Shown: positions 20,001 through 28,943 of the stretch, one piece after another | How the letters are laid out: each line of letters opens with the position of its first letter | Numbering within the stretch: the first letter of the stretch is position 1 | NCBI GenBank assembly: GCA_001303185.1 | Contig: LJNP01000002.1 | Location: 1 to 59,499, forward strand | Direction: 5' to 3' | DNA from: Parcubacteria bacterium SG8_24 | Lineage (GTDB): Bacteria > Patescibacteriota > Patescibacteriia > SG8-24 | DNA length: 59,499 nt | Position numbers and translations under genes: made by a program | The notes under the pieces: generated by a model | What the model was told of the DNA's origin: nothing | The model's input: the letters and a program-made list of their open reading frames with translations, nothing else | Databases searched by the model: none

Positions 20001-20056
20001 AGACTACGGCGGACTTAAGTATAAAAAAGGCGTAATTTACGCGTTTTTTCCATTAG

Positions 20057-20083
20057 TTAGCACTCACTAAATATGAGTGCTAA
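20057..20083 (-). promoter_or_regulatory. CIRCE operator (HrcA binding site)
   Basis: Perfect consensus TTAGCACTC-N9-GAGTGCTAA (palindromic, reads the same on both strands), 57 nt upstream of the groES ATG. Confidence 0.95.
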
Positions 20084-20086
20084 TAC

Positions 20087-20115
20087 ATTTTTACCATGAA
20101 ATATCGGGCTGTCAA
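20087..20115 (-). promoter_or_regulatory. Sigma70-like groESL promoter
   Basis: Minus strand TTGACA-16 nt-TAAAAAT. CIRCE begins 3-4 nt after the -10 box. The -35 box overlaps the stop of the upstream gene. Confidence 0.75.
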
Positions 20116-21452
20116 GTGGATATGGCATCGCCGGGTACTGCCGGGACCTCGGTCGACCTGACCGGTTCATAGTGACCGAAGACCGCCAGTCCGGCCAGCA
20201 GCCAGAACATCGACTGGCCGAACCAGGAACTCCAGACGAAATGGTCGAACAGACCGGCTACACAGAGCGCCAAGAAGATGGCCGGCAGGACGACCGATTC
20301 CGGACGTTCCCGGACCGACGACCGCCGCCAAGACGATATCAAGACAGCCAGGACGACAGCGATCCAGGAGAGAGCTCCGAGTATACCGGTCTCCACCGCC
20401 ACCAGCAGGGGCGTATTATGGACGTACTGGAAATCCCAACCGCGCCCCCCGTCCCCTCCGGCCGCAGCCAGGGCATAAGGCATCAATCCCGGACCTGTGC
20501 CGCTCCATGGCCGGTCCACGAGGAGATTCCAGGCCTCACCGTAACCGGTCACCCGTTCCCGTACCGACCGCTCCTCCAGGCGTTCCTGGCCGCCCAGACG
20601 CACGGATACCAGATCGGGCAGGAACGCCGTCAGGAACGCCGAAGACAGTATCAGGACCGTCAGGAAAGGCAGGAGCATCGCCGGTAGGCGTAGCCGCCGC
20701 CGGTAAGCCCCCCAGGCCATCCAGGCCGCCCCGGCCATGAGACCGATGAAAGCGCTGCGGGAGAAGGTCAGGAAAAGGCCGCAGGCCAGGAGGGTCGCCG
20801 CGGCGACCAGGGTCCGACGCGACCGGATCCGGTTCTCTCCATAGAGCAGCGCGACCGACCCCAGAAGTCCCGCGGCCAGATGCATACCGAGCAGGTTGGG
20901 GTGGGATAACGTACCGTAAGCGCGCAGCCAACGACCGGTCGCGGCCTCAACCACGAATGTCCCGGCCTGCGACGGATCATGCGCAGCCGTACCGAGCCAA
21001 GTCGATGCCGGCACTATCTGACTTACTGACTGGACCAGCGCCAATCCCGCTTGTAGCGTCGCTCCGACCACCAACGCCTGGAGCATCAGACGGACGTCCG
21101 GACGGCCGGACCGGCAGGCGAACAGAAGAGCCGCGCCCAGGACTACCCAGCCGACGACCACGAAGGCTCGGGGGTCGCCGCTCCAGGCCGCCGCGACGAC
21201 AGACCAGCCGACCAGGAAGGAGGTCGCGATGACGAGCGGCAGCGTCGGGATATCCCGCCCGACGCGCCTTGCGGACATGAAAGCGACCGACACGAAAAAG
21301 ACCGCCAGAAGCTGGGTCAAGAAAAGACTGGCCGTCCCGGCTTCGATGACGTCTCCGCCGAGCCGACCCGGTTGCCAGATATAGCGGGTGCCGAACGGGG
21401 CGGCCACCAGCAGGATGACCAGGACGAGATCCGTTGGCCGGCGCGCTCTCAT
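20112..21452 (-). CDS. O-antigen ligase/Wzy_C-family polytopic membrane protein
   Basis: About 10-12 TM spans, with a YGTLSHPNLLGMHLAAGLL loop motif typical of O-antigen ligase-like proteins. Confidence 0.65.
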   Translation of the reverse strand: MRARRPTDLVLVILLVAAPFGTRYIWQPGRLGGDVIEAGTASLFLTQLLAVFFVSVAFMSARRVGRDIPTLPLVIATSFLVGWSVVAAAWSGDPRAFVVVGWVVLGAALLFACRSGRPDVRLMLQALVVGATLQAGLALVQSVSQIVPASTWLGTAAHDPSQAGTFVVEAATGRWLRAYGTLSHPNLLGMHLAAGLLGSVALLYGENRIRSRRTLVAAATLLACGLFLTFSRSAFIGLMAGAAWMAWGAYRRRLRLPAMLLPFLTVLILSSAFLTAFLPDLVSVRLGGQERLEERSVRERVTGYGEAWNLLVDRPWSGTGPGLMPYALAAAGGDGGRGWDFQYVHNTPLLVAVETGILGALSWIAVVLAVLISSWRRSSVRERPESVVLPAIFLALCVAGLFDHFVWSSWFGQSMFWLLAGLAVFGHYEPVRSTEVPAVPGDAIST

Positions 21453-22387
21453 GCGATCGACTTGAGTGACACCAGGCGTTCCCGGTACCGGCGGCTGAAA
21501 TCGGCGCGGCGGTCGGCGACATGGAACTTCAGCATGCGGTCATTGACCACCACACCCTTGCCGCGGTTCATGGCAGCAAGTATCTCCGGAGGGAAACGAC
21601 GCCTCTGAAAGGAGCGGGCGGGCGCCTCCAGAAGACGTAACAACGGCGAAAGGGGGCGAAGCCAGAACTTGGACCGACCGAGAGAGCGGACCGCCGCCGG
21701 CTCGACCGTACCGCCCGACGGCAGGAACCGTCGCGTCCAGGTATTGCGGGCGGTCAGCTCAGCCATGACCCCGCCGGCGTCGTATAACGGCATGAGCGTG
21801 GCCAGCCAATAGGCCAGATAGGCGTCGTCAGGGCCTAGATGGACTGGAGTCAGGTCCAGACTGTCGCTGGTGACGAAGAAACTCAGGCATAACCGGTCGG
21901 CGCTCTCCGTGGCAGTCGGACGGAGTCTCAGGAGATGCAGCAGACCGACCATGATGAGTCGGGTGATCCAGAGCTGACCGGGCCGCGTCACCACGAACAG
22001 GTCGATATCGCTGTCTTGATCGGCGTTGGCCAGGGCCAGGCTGTTGCAGACGGCGATGAGCCGTACCGAAGGCAGGTGACGAAAAACGCCGGCCCAGCGC
22101 CTGGCCAGGTCGTATTTGCGCTTGGCCAGACGGTAGCGGCGCTGACGGATCGACACTATCGCTTCCCGCCCTGACAGATGATAGTACCCATCATGCTGAC
22201 CGACTCCGACCGCGGTCAGGGCTTCCCGTATGGAATCCGCATCGACCGTCTCGGCCTCCCGATCGCCGTCACCTGTCAGGTAACGCGCTATCTCTGATAG
22301 GGTCAGCGGATAGTCGAACAGGTCGAAATAGGCGAGCGTCCTCAGCACGCGTCGACGGACTTCGATTTGGTGAGATCCTGCCAACAT
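21449..22387 (-). CDS. Hypothetical protein with nucleotidyltransferase-fold signature
   Basis: LIAVCNSLALANADQDSDIDLFVVT (GS/DxD-type NTase motif) after a wHTH-like FDLFDYPLTLSEIARYL. It overlaps the downstream gene by 4 nt. Start is either the track's 22459 or ATG 22387. Confidence 0.4.
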   Translation of the reverse strand: MLAGSHQIEVRRRVLRTLAYFDLFDYPLTLSEIARYLTGDGDREAETVDADSIREALTAVGVGQHDGYYHLSGREAIVSIRQRRYRLAKRKYDLARRWAGVFRHLPSVRLIAVCNSLALANADQDSDIDLFVVTRPGQLWITRLIMVGLLHLLRLRPTATESADRLCLSFFVTSDSLDLTPVHLGPDDAYLAYWLATLMPLYDAGGVMAELTARNTWTRRFLPSGGTVEPAAVRSLGRSKFWLRPLSPLLRLLEAPARSFQRRRFPPEILAAMNRGKGVVVNDRMLKFHVADRRADFSRRYRERLVSLKSIA

Positions 22388-22430
22388 AGGCCGACCCGCT
22401 GACCGCGCGGCCTTACCGGCACGGACCGGG

Positions 22431-22760
22431 TCATCCCCGACCCGCCTGCCTGACGGCATTGACCGCCCCGGAGGGTGCCGTGCCGGCGGCCCGCTCGCTT
22501 ACTTCGATACCGACCCCCTCCTCTACGGTGACGGTGTTGTCTTCGACCACCATCTCCTTGTCGTCCAGGGAGACGACTTGTGAGGCACGTATCAGCAGCC
22601 GGGGCGGCGACAGCACGGGTAATCCGCGCGTCTTCCTCACCGCATACTGCACTACCGTCTGTGTCTCCACATCGATGATCACGCCGGCCACCTTACCCAG
22701 ACGGGTGCCGCCGACAGTGCGGACCGGGAGTCCGCGCAGTTCTGAATCACGTAAGAACAT
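22431..22760 (-). CDS. PRC-barrel domain protein
   Basis: LRGLPVRTVGGTRLGKVAGVIIDVETQTVVQYAV pattern. 109 aa. Confidence 0.6.
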   Translation of the reverse strand: MFLRDSELRGLPVRTVGGTRLGKVAGVIIDVETQTVVQYAVRKTRGLPVLSPPRLLIRASQVVSLDDKEMVVEDNTVTVEEGVGIEVSERAAGTAPSGAVNAVRQAGRG

Positions 22761-22797
22761 ACGCCTGATACGAACACGTGAGCGGAGGTGCCGGCCA

Positions 22798-23529
22798 TCA
22801 GGCGGCGGCCTCCGGTTTGCCTTTGCGGAAAAATATCGCCTGCTGGGCGATGGTCAGGAGGTTCATCACGAACCAGTACAAAGCCAGTCCGCCCGGCAGC
22901 TGCATGCCGATGAACACGGTGACGAACGGCATCACGTACATCATCTGCTTGTTCATCGAGGAGAGCATCTGTTCATCCTTGGCGCCGGGGGTATCCTTGG
23001 GCTGGCGTCGGGTGACCATCATCCTGGCCTGGAAGAACTGTCCGATGCCGGCCGCCAAGGCCAAGGGCAGACTCGGCAAGGCCAGATTGATCACGCCGAG
23101 CAATGACGGCTCGATGACCTCGGGTTGACTGACGAACGAATAGAGCAGCTCGAAGCCGCTCGACTGGAGGCCGTGTGACATCGCCTGATAGAGGGCGATG
23201 AACACCGGCAGCTGGATCAGGAGCGGCAGGCAGGAAGAGGCCGGATTGACCTTCTCCTGGGAATAGAGCTCCATCAGCTTCTTGGCCAGCTCCTCCTTCT
23301 GCTCCTTGTCCTTATACTTCCTCTTCAACTCCTCGACCTTGGGCTGCAGATCGGACAGGGCCTTCTGCGATTTGAGAGCCTTGGCGGACACCGGCCATAG
23401 CACCAGCTTGATGAGCACGGTCAGGATGATGATGGCGACCCCGATATCATGCCCGGGCACCAGGTTATACAGCCCGATCAGCAGGTTGAATATCGGCTGG
23501 TAGAAAATGGTGTTGTAGAAGGCGCTCAT
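22798..23529 (-). CDS. yidC: Membrane protein insertase YidC (short, Oxa1-like form)
   Basis: AIIILTVLIKLVLWPVSAKALKSQKALSDLQPKVEELKRKY, LPLLIQLPVFIALY and GGLALYWFVMNLLTIAQ. The track start GTG 23538 sits only 1 nt after a GGAGG. ATG 23529 has better spacing. Confidence 0.88.
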   Translation of the reverse strand: MSAFYNTIFYQPIFNLLIGLYNLVPGHDIGVAIIILTVLIKLVLWPVSAKALKSQKALSDLQPKVEELKRKYKDKEQKEELAKKLMELYSQEKVNPASSCLPLLIQLPVFIALYQAMSHGLQSSGFELLYSFVSQPEVIEPSLLGVINLALPSLPLALAAGIGQFFQARMMVTRRQPKDTPGAKDEQMLSSMNKQMMYVMPFVTVFIGMQLPGGLALYWFVMNLLTIAQQAIFFRKGKPEAAA

Positions 23530-23534
23530 AACGC

Positions 23535-24965
23535 TCACTCCTCCCTAGGTTCCTCTTCTTCCGGAGCTTCGTCACCCTCTTCGGGCGGCCCTGCCGCCAC
23601 CGCGTCGGCTCCCGCCTCGTCGGCGACGGCCGGTCCGGCCTCCTTCTCTTCACTCTCGCCGTCGGCCGCCTCCTCATCCGATGCGCCGTCGCCTTCCGGC
23701 GCTGTTTCCGCCCCCTCCGACATCTCTTCACCTTCGTCTTCAGAAGCGTCGCCTTCAGGAGTGTCGGCCGCGCCAGTCCCGGCATCCATATCGACGATAT
23801 TGATCTTCCAGCCGGTGAGACGCGAGGCCAGCCGAACGTTCTGCCCGCCGCGGCCGATGGCCAGGGAGAGCTGGTCGCTGGTGACCTGGACATCGGCTGT
23901 CTTCTGATCCTCCTTGAGCTGGATACTGACCACCCGGGCCGGGGAGAGCGCGTTCATGATGAAATGGATCGGATCCTCATCGTGCTGGATGACATCGATC
24001 TTCTCCCCGCCCAATTCGGCGATGATCGTCTGGATGCGCGTGCCCCGCTGACCGATACAGGAACCGATCGGATCGACGTTCTCCTCGGTCGAGGAGACCG
24101 CCACCTTCGACCTGGCGCCAGCCTCACGGGCCACGGCCTGGATGACCACGGCGCCGCTGGCCACTTCAGGTATCTCCAAGGCGAACAGCTTGCGCACGAT
24201 GTCCGGATGGGACCGTGACACGATCACTTCCGGACCCTTGGTGGTCATGCGGACCTCAGTCACGTAGACCTTAAGGCGGTCGCCCGACGCGTACCGCTCG
24301 CCGGGAATCTGTTCGTCCGGCGGCATAACACCGGTCAGCCGGCCCAGGTCGATCAGGATGACCCGACCCTCGCGCCGCTGGACGGTGGCGTTGATCAGCT
24401 CGTGCTCGTGTTCCTTGAACTCGTCGAACAGTTTGTTCCTCTCCGCCTCACGGATCTTCTGGATGATGACCTGCTTGGCGGTCTGGGCGGCCATGCGTCC
24501 GAAAGCCGCCGGCACTTCCAGCTGGGTCCGGATCTCCTCGCCGATCTCGGCGTCTTTCTTGAGCTCCATGGCATCGGAGATCATCAACTCGGTCTTGGGA
24601 TTGAACTTCTTCTCCTCGATGATCACGGCTTCCATGCCGACCGGACCCTCGGGAGCCGGGGCCTCTTCAGCCGCCTTGGCCAGCGGTTCCGAAACCGCCG
24701 CCCGGGCCGCAGTCGGCTCTCCGATTGCCTCTTCCTCCTCTTCCTCCTCAGGAAGCTCCATGTCCTCAACCACGGTCTTGACGTCGAACACTTCGAAATC
24801 GCCGGTCTCGACATCGAACTCGACCTTGATGTTCTGGTTCTTCTCGCCGAAATCCTTGCGGTAGGCGGCGGCCAGCGCAGCCTCGATCGTTTCGATGACC
24901 GATTCGGTCGAGATGTTCTTCTCCTCACTTATCTGTTTGATCGCCTGCATTAACGGTGACGGCAT
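23535..24965 (-). CDS. nusA: Transcription termination/antitermination factor NusA with acidic insert and acidic tail
   Basis: N-terminal domain IKQISEEKNIS..AAYRK, an S1 domain, and KH motifs CIGQRGTRIQTI and AIGRGGQNVRLASRLTGWKINI. There is a poly-E insert (PEEEEEEEA) and a roughly 80-aa Asp/Glu-rich C-terminus. Confidence 0.93.
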   Translation of the reverse strand: MPSPLMQAIKQISEEKNISTESVIETIEAALAAAYRKDFGEKNQNIKVEFDVETGDFEVFDVKTVVEDMELPEEEEEEEAIGEPTAARAAVSEPLAKAAEEAPAPEGPVGMEAVIIEEKKFNPKTELMISDAMELKKDAEIGEEIRTQLEVPAAFGRMAAQTAKQVIIQKIREAERNKLFDEFKEHEHELINATVQRREGRVILIDLGRLTGVMPPDEQIPGERYASGDRLKVYVTEVRMTTKGPEVIVSRSHPDIVRKLFALEIPEVASGAVVIQAVAREAGARSKVAVSSTEENVDPIGSCIGQRGTRIQTIIAELGGEKIDVIQHDEDPIHFIMNALSPARVVSIQLKEDQKTADVQVTSDQLSLAIGRGGQNVRLASRLTGWKINIVDMDAGTGAADTPEGDASEDEGEEMSEGAETAPEGDGASDEEAADGESEEKEAGPAVADEAGADAVAAGPPEEGDEAPEEEEPREE

Positions 24966-25024
24966 ATTGGCTTGTCTTTGGGGAAAAGTCTGCTGGACGG
25001 ACTTCCCGATCCTTATATTGGGTA

Positions 25025-25059
25025 TGAAAAGGGACTAGTCCATATCATGAACTAGTCCC
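25025..25059 (-). terminator. Rho-independent terminator
   Basis: Minus strand GGGACTAGT-11 nt loop-ACTAGTCCC followed by TTTTCAT, downstream of the CDS ending at 25121. Confidence 0.75.
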
Positions 25060-25120
25060 GAAAGGCAGGATACACCATTCCGGCGGGTCATGCAAGGGTG
25101 CCGGCCGGGCGCGACTCGGT

Positions 25121-25696
25121 TCAGTCCGCCGGACCGTCCGGACCGGCCTCAGGCCCCTTGGCGAAGCGCTTGACCAGCCGCTCGACATGGCCGACGACCA
25201 GTGACGGCTGACGCCGGACGAGCCTCTGTTCCGATTCCAGGAAGGCCTGTACCTCCCTGACGTCCGGCGACAGGCCGGCCAGCTGACCGGCAAGAAACTC
25301 AGCGACCGCCTCGATGCCTTCCTCATCCAACGAATCGAGCAGGTCAACGCAGCGCTTCTTGAGTTCGGCAAAAGCCGAGCTGGTCTGTTCCTGGTGCCGC
25401 TCGACCAGACCGGCCGGAACGGGCCGCCCGTCCCGGTCGCGCGGCTCTCCGTCGTGCAGGCGGCGGTTGAGGGCCCGGACATGCACCAGGGCCAGAAACA
25501 GGCCTTCGTACTGCCCCACGATCTCGAACCGTCTCTTCAGGGCCGGATCACGCCACAGCCTGATCCGAAAACGCAGATAGCGGATGCCGTTGGCCACCCC
25601 CCTGAAAAGGGCCGCTTTGGTCAGCACGGTGACTAGGACGAAGCCGGCCAAGGAGACCGCGGCGATCACCAGCAGCTTGAGGATCATCGGATCCAT
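25121..25696 (-). CDS. Hypothetical N-terminally anchored protein
   Basis: GGAGG-5 nt-ATG at 25696. MDPMILKLLVIAAVSLAGFVLVTVL anchor, then a helical charged region. No recognisable family. Confidence 0.5.
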   Translation of the reverse strand: MDPMILKLLVIAAVSLAGFVLVTVLTKAALFRGVANGIRYLRFRIRLWRDPALKRRFEIVGQYEGLFLALVHVRALNRRLHDGEPRDRDGRPVPAGLVERHQEQTSSAFAELKKRCVDLLDSLDEEGIEAVAEFLAGQLAGLSPDVREVQAFLESEQRLVRRQPSLVVGHVERLVKRFAKGPEAGPDGPAD

Positions 25697-25822
25697 CACT
25701 ACCTCCAACCCTGCCGTGACCGGCAGGAGCTTCCGACTATCAATGTAAGGATATACCGTCCGTCGGGCGTCAGATCGCCCGAAAGGTGCGGCTCTCGAGC
25801 TTAGCAGCGGCACCGGCCGCCG

Positions 25823-26194
25823 TCAATCATCCTCGCTGACGGCATACCTGATATGCGTCAGGCGATCCGGACGACCTCCGGATCCGAGCGTCACGGCAAT
25901 GACATCTATCCGGAAAGGCCTCTGCGGTATGATGTTGTGTCGTTCCAGGAAAGCGTAGCAAACCCGTCGCAGCCGTTCGCGTTTCCACCGGTCCACGGCG
26001 GCCTGAGGCACGCCGAACGAACCGGAACGCCTGGTCTTCACCTCGACAAAAACGATCTCGTCCCCCTTGCTGGTGACGAGATCTATCTCTCCGAACCGCG
26101 TCCGCCACCGGCGGGCCAGTATCCGGAAGCCGCGGGAACGCAGATAACGGGCTGCAGCATCCTCACCGGTCATGCCGCAGGCCCGCCGGTCCAT
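25823..26194 (-). CDS. yraN: YraN-family (UPF0102) endonuclease-like protein
   Basis: GEDAAARYLRSRGFRILARRWRTRFGEIDLV...IVFVEVKTRRS signature. 123 aa. Confidence 0.85.
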   Translation of the reverse strand: MDRRACGMTGEDAAARYLRSRGFRILARRWRTRFGEIDLVTSKGDEIVFVEVKTRRSGSFGVPQAAVDRWKRERLRRVCYAFLERHNIIPQRPFRIDVIAVTLGSGGRPDRLTHIRYAVSEDD

Positions 26195-26197
26195 AGG

Positions 26198-26689
26198 TCA
26201 ATTCCTCCTGTTAGGCAGATACCTCTCGAAACGTCTCTTCTCCGTATCCTGCCGACGTAGCGCCGGATAGTCGCGGACAACGAACAGCGCGATTCTCATG
26301 AGCCAGACCATGAACAGCAGGAACAGCAGCAGGAACCAGAAACGCATCCCGAAAAGCGGAATCTGTTCGAAAGCGAAAAACAGGAACAACAGCCCCAGGA
26401 AACCCGAGGTGCCCAACAGCCGCGCGAAGCGTGCGGCGACATCGCTCTTGAGCCGGTCCCGTTTACCCACGAAGTGGGCGATGACCCTCAAGGCGACCGC
26501 CACCACGACGAACCAACTGAAGAACGAGAAGACCCCGCCGACCAGTGACGGACCCAACGGCACGGGGCGCGGATTGAACCAATAGCTGATATCCAGGAGG
26601 GGTGCGTATCCTTGCAGCAATTCCATATTGACGACGGGACGATATATGGTCGGAGTTCGCATTTTAGGCGACTGTCCGGAAAAAGGCAA
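26198..26689 (-). CDS. Hypothetical membrane protein
   Basis: Four hydrophobic spans (GGVFSFFSWFVVVAVALRVIA; GFLGLLFLFFAF; FWFLLLFLLFMVWLMRIALFV). Lower GC than its surroundings. Start uncertain. Confidence 0.5.
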   Translation of the reverse strand: MPFSGQSPKMRTPTIYRPVVNMELLQGYAPLLDISYWFNPRPVPLGPSLVGGVFSFFSWFVVVAVALRVIAHFVGKRDRLKSDVAARFARLLGTSGFLGLLFLFFAFEQIPLFGMRFWFLLLFLLFMVWLMRIALFVVRDYPALRRQDTEKRRFERYLPNRRN

Positions 26690-26782
26690 GGGCGCGACGA
26701 TGCTGGTCCGACCATACCGAAAAGCCCCCTTGCCGGGGGCCTCCTGATGCCGCTGACGTTCCGGGGTGACGCCTCCCGCCGA

Positions 26783-27334
26783 TCATCTGACGAACACCAA
26801 TCCGTAATGGAACTGACCGGCCTTGAACTCCTTCTCCAGCTTCAGTCCCGCGCCCGCCGCCAGGGACTTGGCCTCCTCGGCGCTCACGCGGGTCGACGCC
26901 TCAGGTCCGAAAGGCGCTCCGGTCGGTTTCCAGTCGACAATGACGAATTTGCCGCCCCCTTTGACCATACGGACGCATTCCTTGAGCATCTGTTCCTTCT
27001 GCTTAGACAGGGACAGGTTGTTTATGAGCAGGCCGATATCGAGTTGTCCGTCATCGATACCGACGCCGCGATCTCGCTCCAGATCGCCCCAGACGGTCCG
27101 GACGTTGCCTGCCCCCTCCATCTTCATCCGACTCTCAATGCCCCCCAGGACGGACTTGAGGATATCCACGGCATGGACCTGGCCGCTTTCACCGACCATC
27201 CGCGCCGCCGGGAAGACGTAGTGACCCAGAGTGCCGCAACCGAAGTCGGCCACCTGCATCCCCTCACGGATGCCGGCCTGTTCCAGGATATTGAACGGGT
27301 CGATGAGTTCCTTGCCGGTCGGTATGTAGACCAT
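26783..27334 (-). CDS. Class I SAM-dependent methyltransferase
   Basis: VADFGCGTLGHY (motif I) and VHAVDI (motif II). 183 aa. Confidence 0.75.
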   Translation of the reverse strand: MVYIPTGKELIDPFNILEQAGIREGMQVADFGCGTLGHYVFPAARMVGESGQVHAVDILKSVLGGIESRMKMEGAGNVRTVWGDLERDRGVGIDDGQLDIGLLINNLSLSKQKEQMLKECVRMVKGGGKFVIVDWKPTGAPFGPEASTRVSAEEAKSLAAGAGLKLEKEFKAGQFHYGLVFVR

Positions 27335-27344
27335 ACTGTCGTGT

Positions 27345-27596
27345 TTACGGAGTGAAGAGGCGGCCGACGGTGCCCAACAGGAAACCGCCCAAAAGACCGG
27401 TCGCCATCATCATACCGGCGAATATGATGATGATACCGAGCAGCTTGTAGAACATCCAGGTGCCTCCCGAACCGAGTTTCTGCTCCGCCCAATCGATGCG
27501 ACCGAAGTTCTCGAGGAACCATTTGGTCTTTATAACCAACAGGGAACCGATTCCCATCAGGACTATGCCGCCGACGATGCGCAAGACTAGGTTCAT
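27345..27596 (-). CDS. Small (83 aa) three-span membrane protein
   Basis: LRIVGGIVLMGIGSLLVI, MFYKLLGIIIIFAGMMMATGLLGGFLLG. Starts 17 nt after the tRNA-Val 3' end with no SD. Confidence 0.5.
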   Translation of the reverse strand: MNLVLRIVGGIVLMGIGSLLVIKTKWFLENFGRIDWAEQKLGSGGTWMFYKLLGIIIIFAGMMMATGLLGGFLLGTVGRLFTP

Positions 27597-27613
27597 AAGG
27601 TGTGATAGTCGAG

Positions 27614-27690
27614 TTGGTGGACGATGTAGGAGTCGAACCTACGACCTCCTCGGTGTAAACGAGGCGCTCTAACCAGCTGAGCTAATCGTC
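27614..27690 (-). tRNA. tRNA-Val (anticodon UAC), CCA encoded
   Basis: Hand-folded cloverleaf of GGACGATTAGCTCAGCTGGTTAGAGCGCCTCGTTTACACCGAGGAGGTCGTAGGTTCGACTCCTACATCGTCCACCA. 7-bp acceptor stem, anticodon loop TTTACAC, T-loop TTCGACT. Confidence 0.95.
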
Positions 27691-27726
27691 CCGGATATCC
27701 GTATCGTCGAGGTCCCTCCTGTCCTG

Positions 27727-27732
27727 GATTAT
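27727..27732 (-). promoter_or_regulatory. -10 box (TATAAT) upstream of tRNA-Val
   Basis: Perfect TATAAT on the minus strand, 36 nt upstream of the tRNA 5' end. The -35 region is weak (TTCCGT). Confidence 0.4.
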
Positions 27733-27784
27733 AGCGTATCGTGATACCGAACGGAAGCCTGAGCCTGTCAGCGGCTGACCGTAC

Positions 27785-27807
27785 CGAAAAACCAGCCGGG
27801 AGGGCTG
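27785..27807 (-). terminator. Rho-independent terminator after tRNA-Leu
   Basis: Minus strand CCAGCC-CTCCC-GGCTGG followed by TTTTTCGG. Confidence 0.65.
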
Positions 27808-27891
27808 GCCGGTCCGGACGGTCATCCGGGACCGCTCGGCTACGCTCCTGTCGCCGGCCGGATAGTCTGGCCGGGAATGAACGGACCCGAG

Positions 27892-27978
27892 TGGTGCGGA
27901 CGGAGAGATTTGAACTCTCACGGGGTTGCCCCCACCAGCCCCTCAAGCTGGCGCGTCTGCCGGTTCCGCCACGTCCGC
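27892..27978 (-). tRNA. tRNA-Leu (anticodon GAG), long variable arm, CCA encoded
   Basis: GCGGACGTGGCGGAACCGGCAGACGCGCCAGCTTGAGGGGCTGGTGGGGGCAACCCCGTGAGAGTTCAAATCTCTCCGTCCGCACCA. Anticodon loop TTGAGGG, a 15-nt variable arm and T-loop TTCAAAT. Confidence 0.93.
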
Positions 27979-28066
27979 ATGTCTTTATCTTTCACGGTCC
28001 GTCCCGTCTGGAGCGAAGACAGGATACCTTACGGGGCCCGACGACGCAAGGCCAAACCGCCGACTG

Positions 28067-28861
28067 TCACCCCATCTCCTGCGCGAACTGCCTCTCCCGT
28101 CCGGTGATCACTTTCAGCCGGTCCGGCACGATCTCTATGGAAAGGGAGTCGTTCATGAATGTCCGGCCGTCGGCTATCACCGGAAAGGGCTTGTCGCTGG
28201 AGATGCACATCTTGCGTAACGGTATGACGCTCGGTACGTTCGGCAGCCTCTTGCGTATGGTACCCCAGATGCCTCCCGCACTCGGTCGGACCAGGGTGTC
28301 CAGGAACCCGTCCTTGGGGTCACCGGGGCGGAAAGAGACAGGATACTCGTCGTCGATGACCTGTCCGCTGCGCAGATTGCTCACGATGACCTCACATTTG
28401 GTGCGCGGGGTGCTGATCCGGTACTTGCCTTCGCCCTCTATGGTGACCTCGCCCTGCGGGATGCGCACCGACGACAGGAAGAACCGGCCGTTCACCAGGC
28501 CGAGGTCTATCTTCTGAGTGACCCGCTTGGAGAGGACGTCGCACGCTTCCACCCCCTCCGGTATCCCCAAAGAACGGGCTATCTCGTTAGAGGAGCCGAC
28601 CGGTATGAACCCCAGGGTCACTTTAGCCTCCCCGAGACCCTCGACCACCTTCGAGACCGTCTCATCATTGCCGACCACCACCAGCGTCTGTACGCCCCGA
28701 CGGGTCTCGTCGCGGATCAGGCCTCGGGCATTGGTGAACGGCGAAAGACGGCCGATCTTGCCGCTGATCCCTAAATCGGTCAGACGTGTCTCGATCGCCG
28801 CCAACGTCCGGTCATACTTCCCGTCGGCCAGGAAGCCGTCATATATATAGTAGTAATACAT
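28067..28861 (-). CDS. Diacylglycerol/lipid kinase family protein (DAGK catalytic domain)
   Basis: LVVVGNDETVSKVVEGL and LGFIPVGSSNEIARSLGIP motifs. 264 aa. Confidence 0.8.
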   Translation of the reverse strand: MYYYYIYDGFLADGKYDRTLAAIETRLTDLGISGKIGRLSPFTNARGLIRDETRRGVQTLVVVGNDETVSKVVEGLGEAKVTLGFIPVGSSNEIARSLGIPEGVEACDVLSKRVTQKIDLGLVNGRFFLSSVRIPQGEVTIEGEGKYRISTPRTKCEVIVSNLRSGQVIDDEYPVSFRPGDPKDGFLDTLVRPSAGGIWGTIRKRLPNVPSVIPLRKMCISSDKPFPVIADGRTFMNDSLSIEIVPDRLKVITGRERQFAQEMG

Positions 28862-28943
28862 CCCGTCTGTCCCGGGTCACCGGTCGCGGCGGGACGAATC
28901 TCGCCGCGTCCGGATCCGGCCTGTCGCCGGATGGCACCGCCCG

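Noticed and set aside
27691-27891. A 200-nt spacer between tRNA-Leu and tRNA-Val that might hide an ncRNA such as SRP/4.5S RNA
   Set aside because: I looked for the conserved SRP helix-8 sequence (GUCAGGUCCGGAAGGAAGCAGC-like) on both strands and found no convincing match. The spacer is adequately explained by a terminator (CCAGCC-CTCCC-GGCTGG-TTTTT) after tRNA-Leu and a TATAAT box before tRNA-Val.
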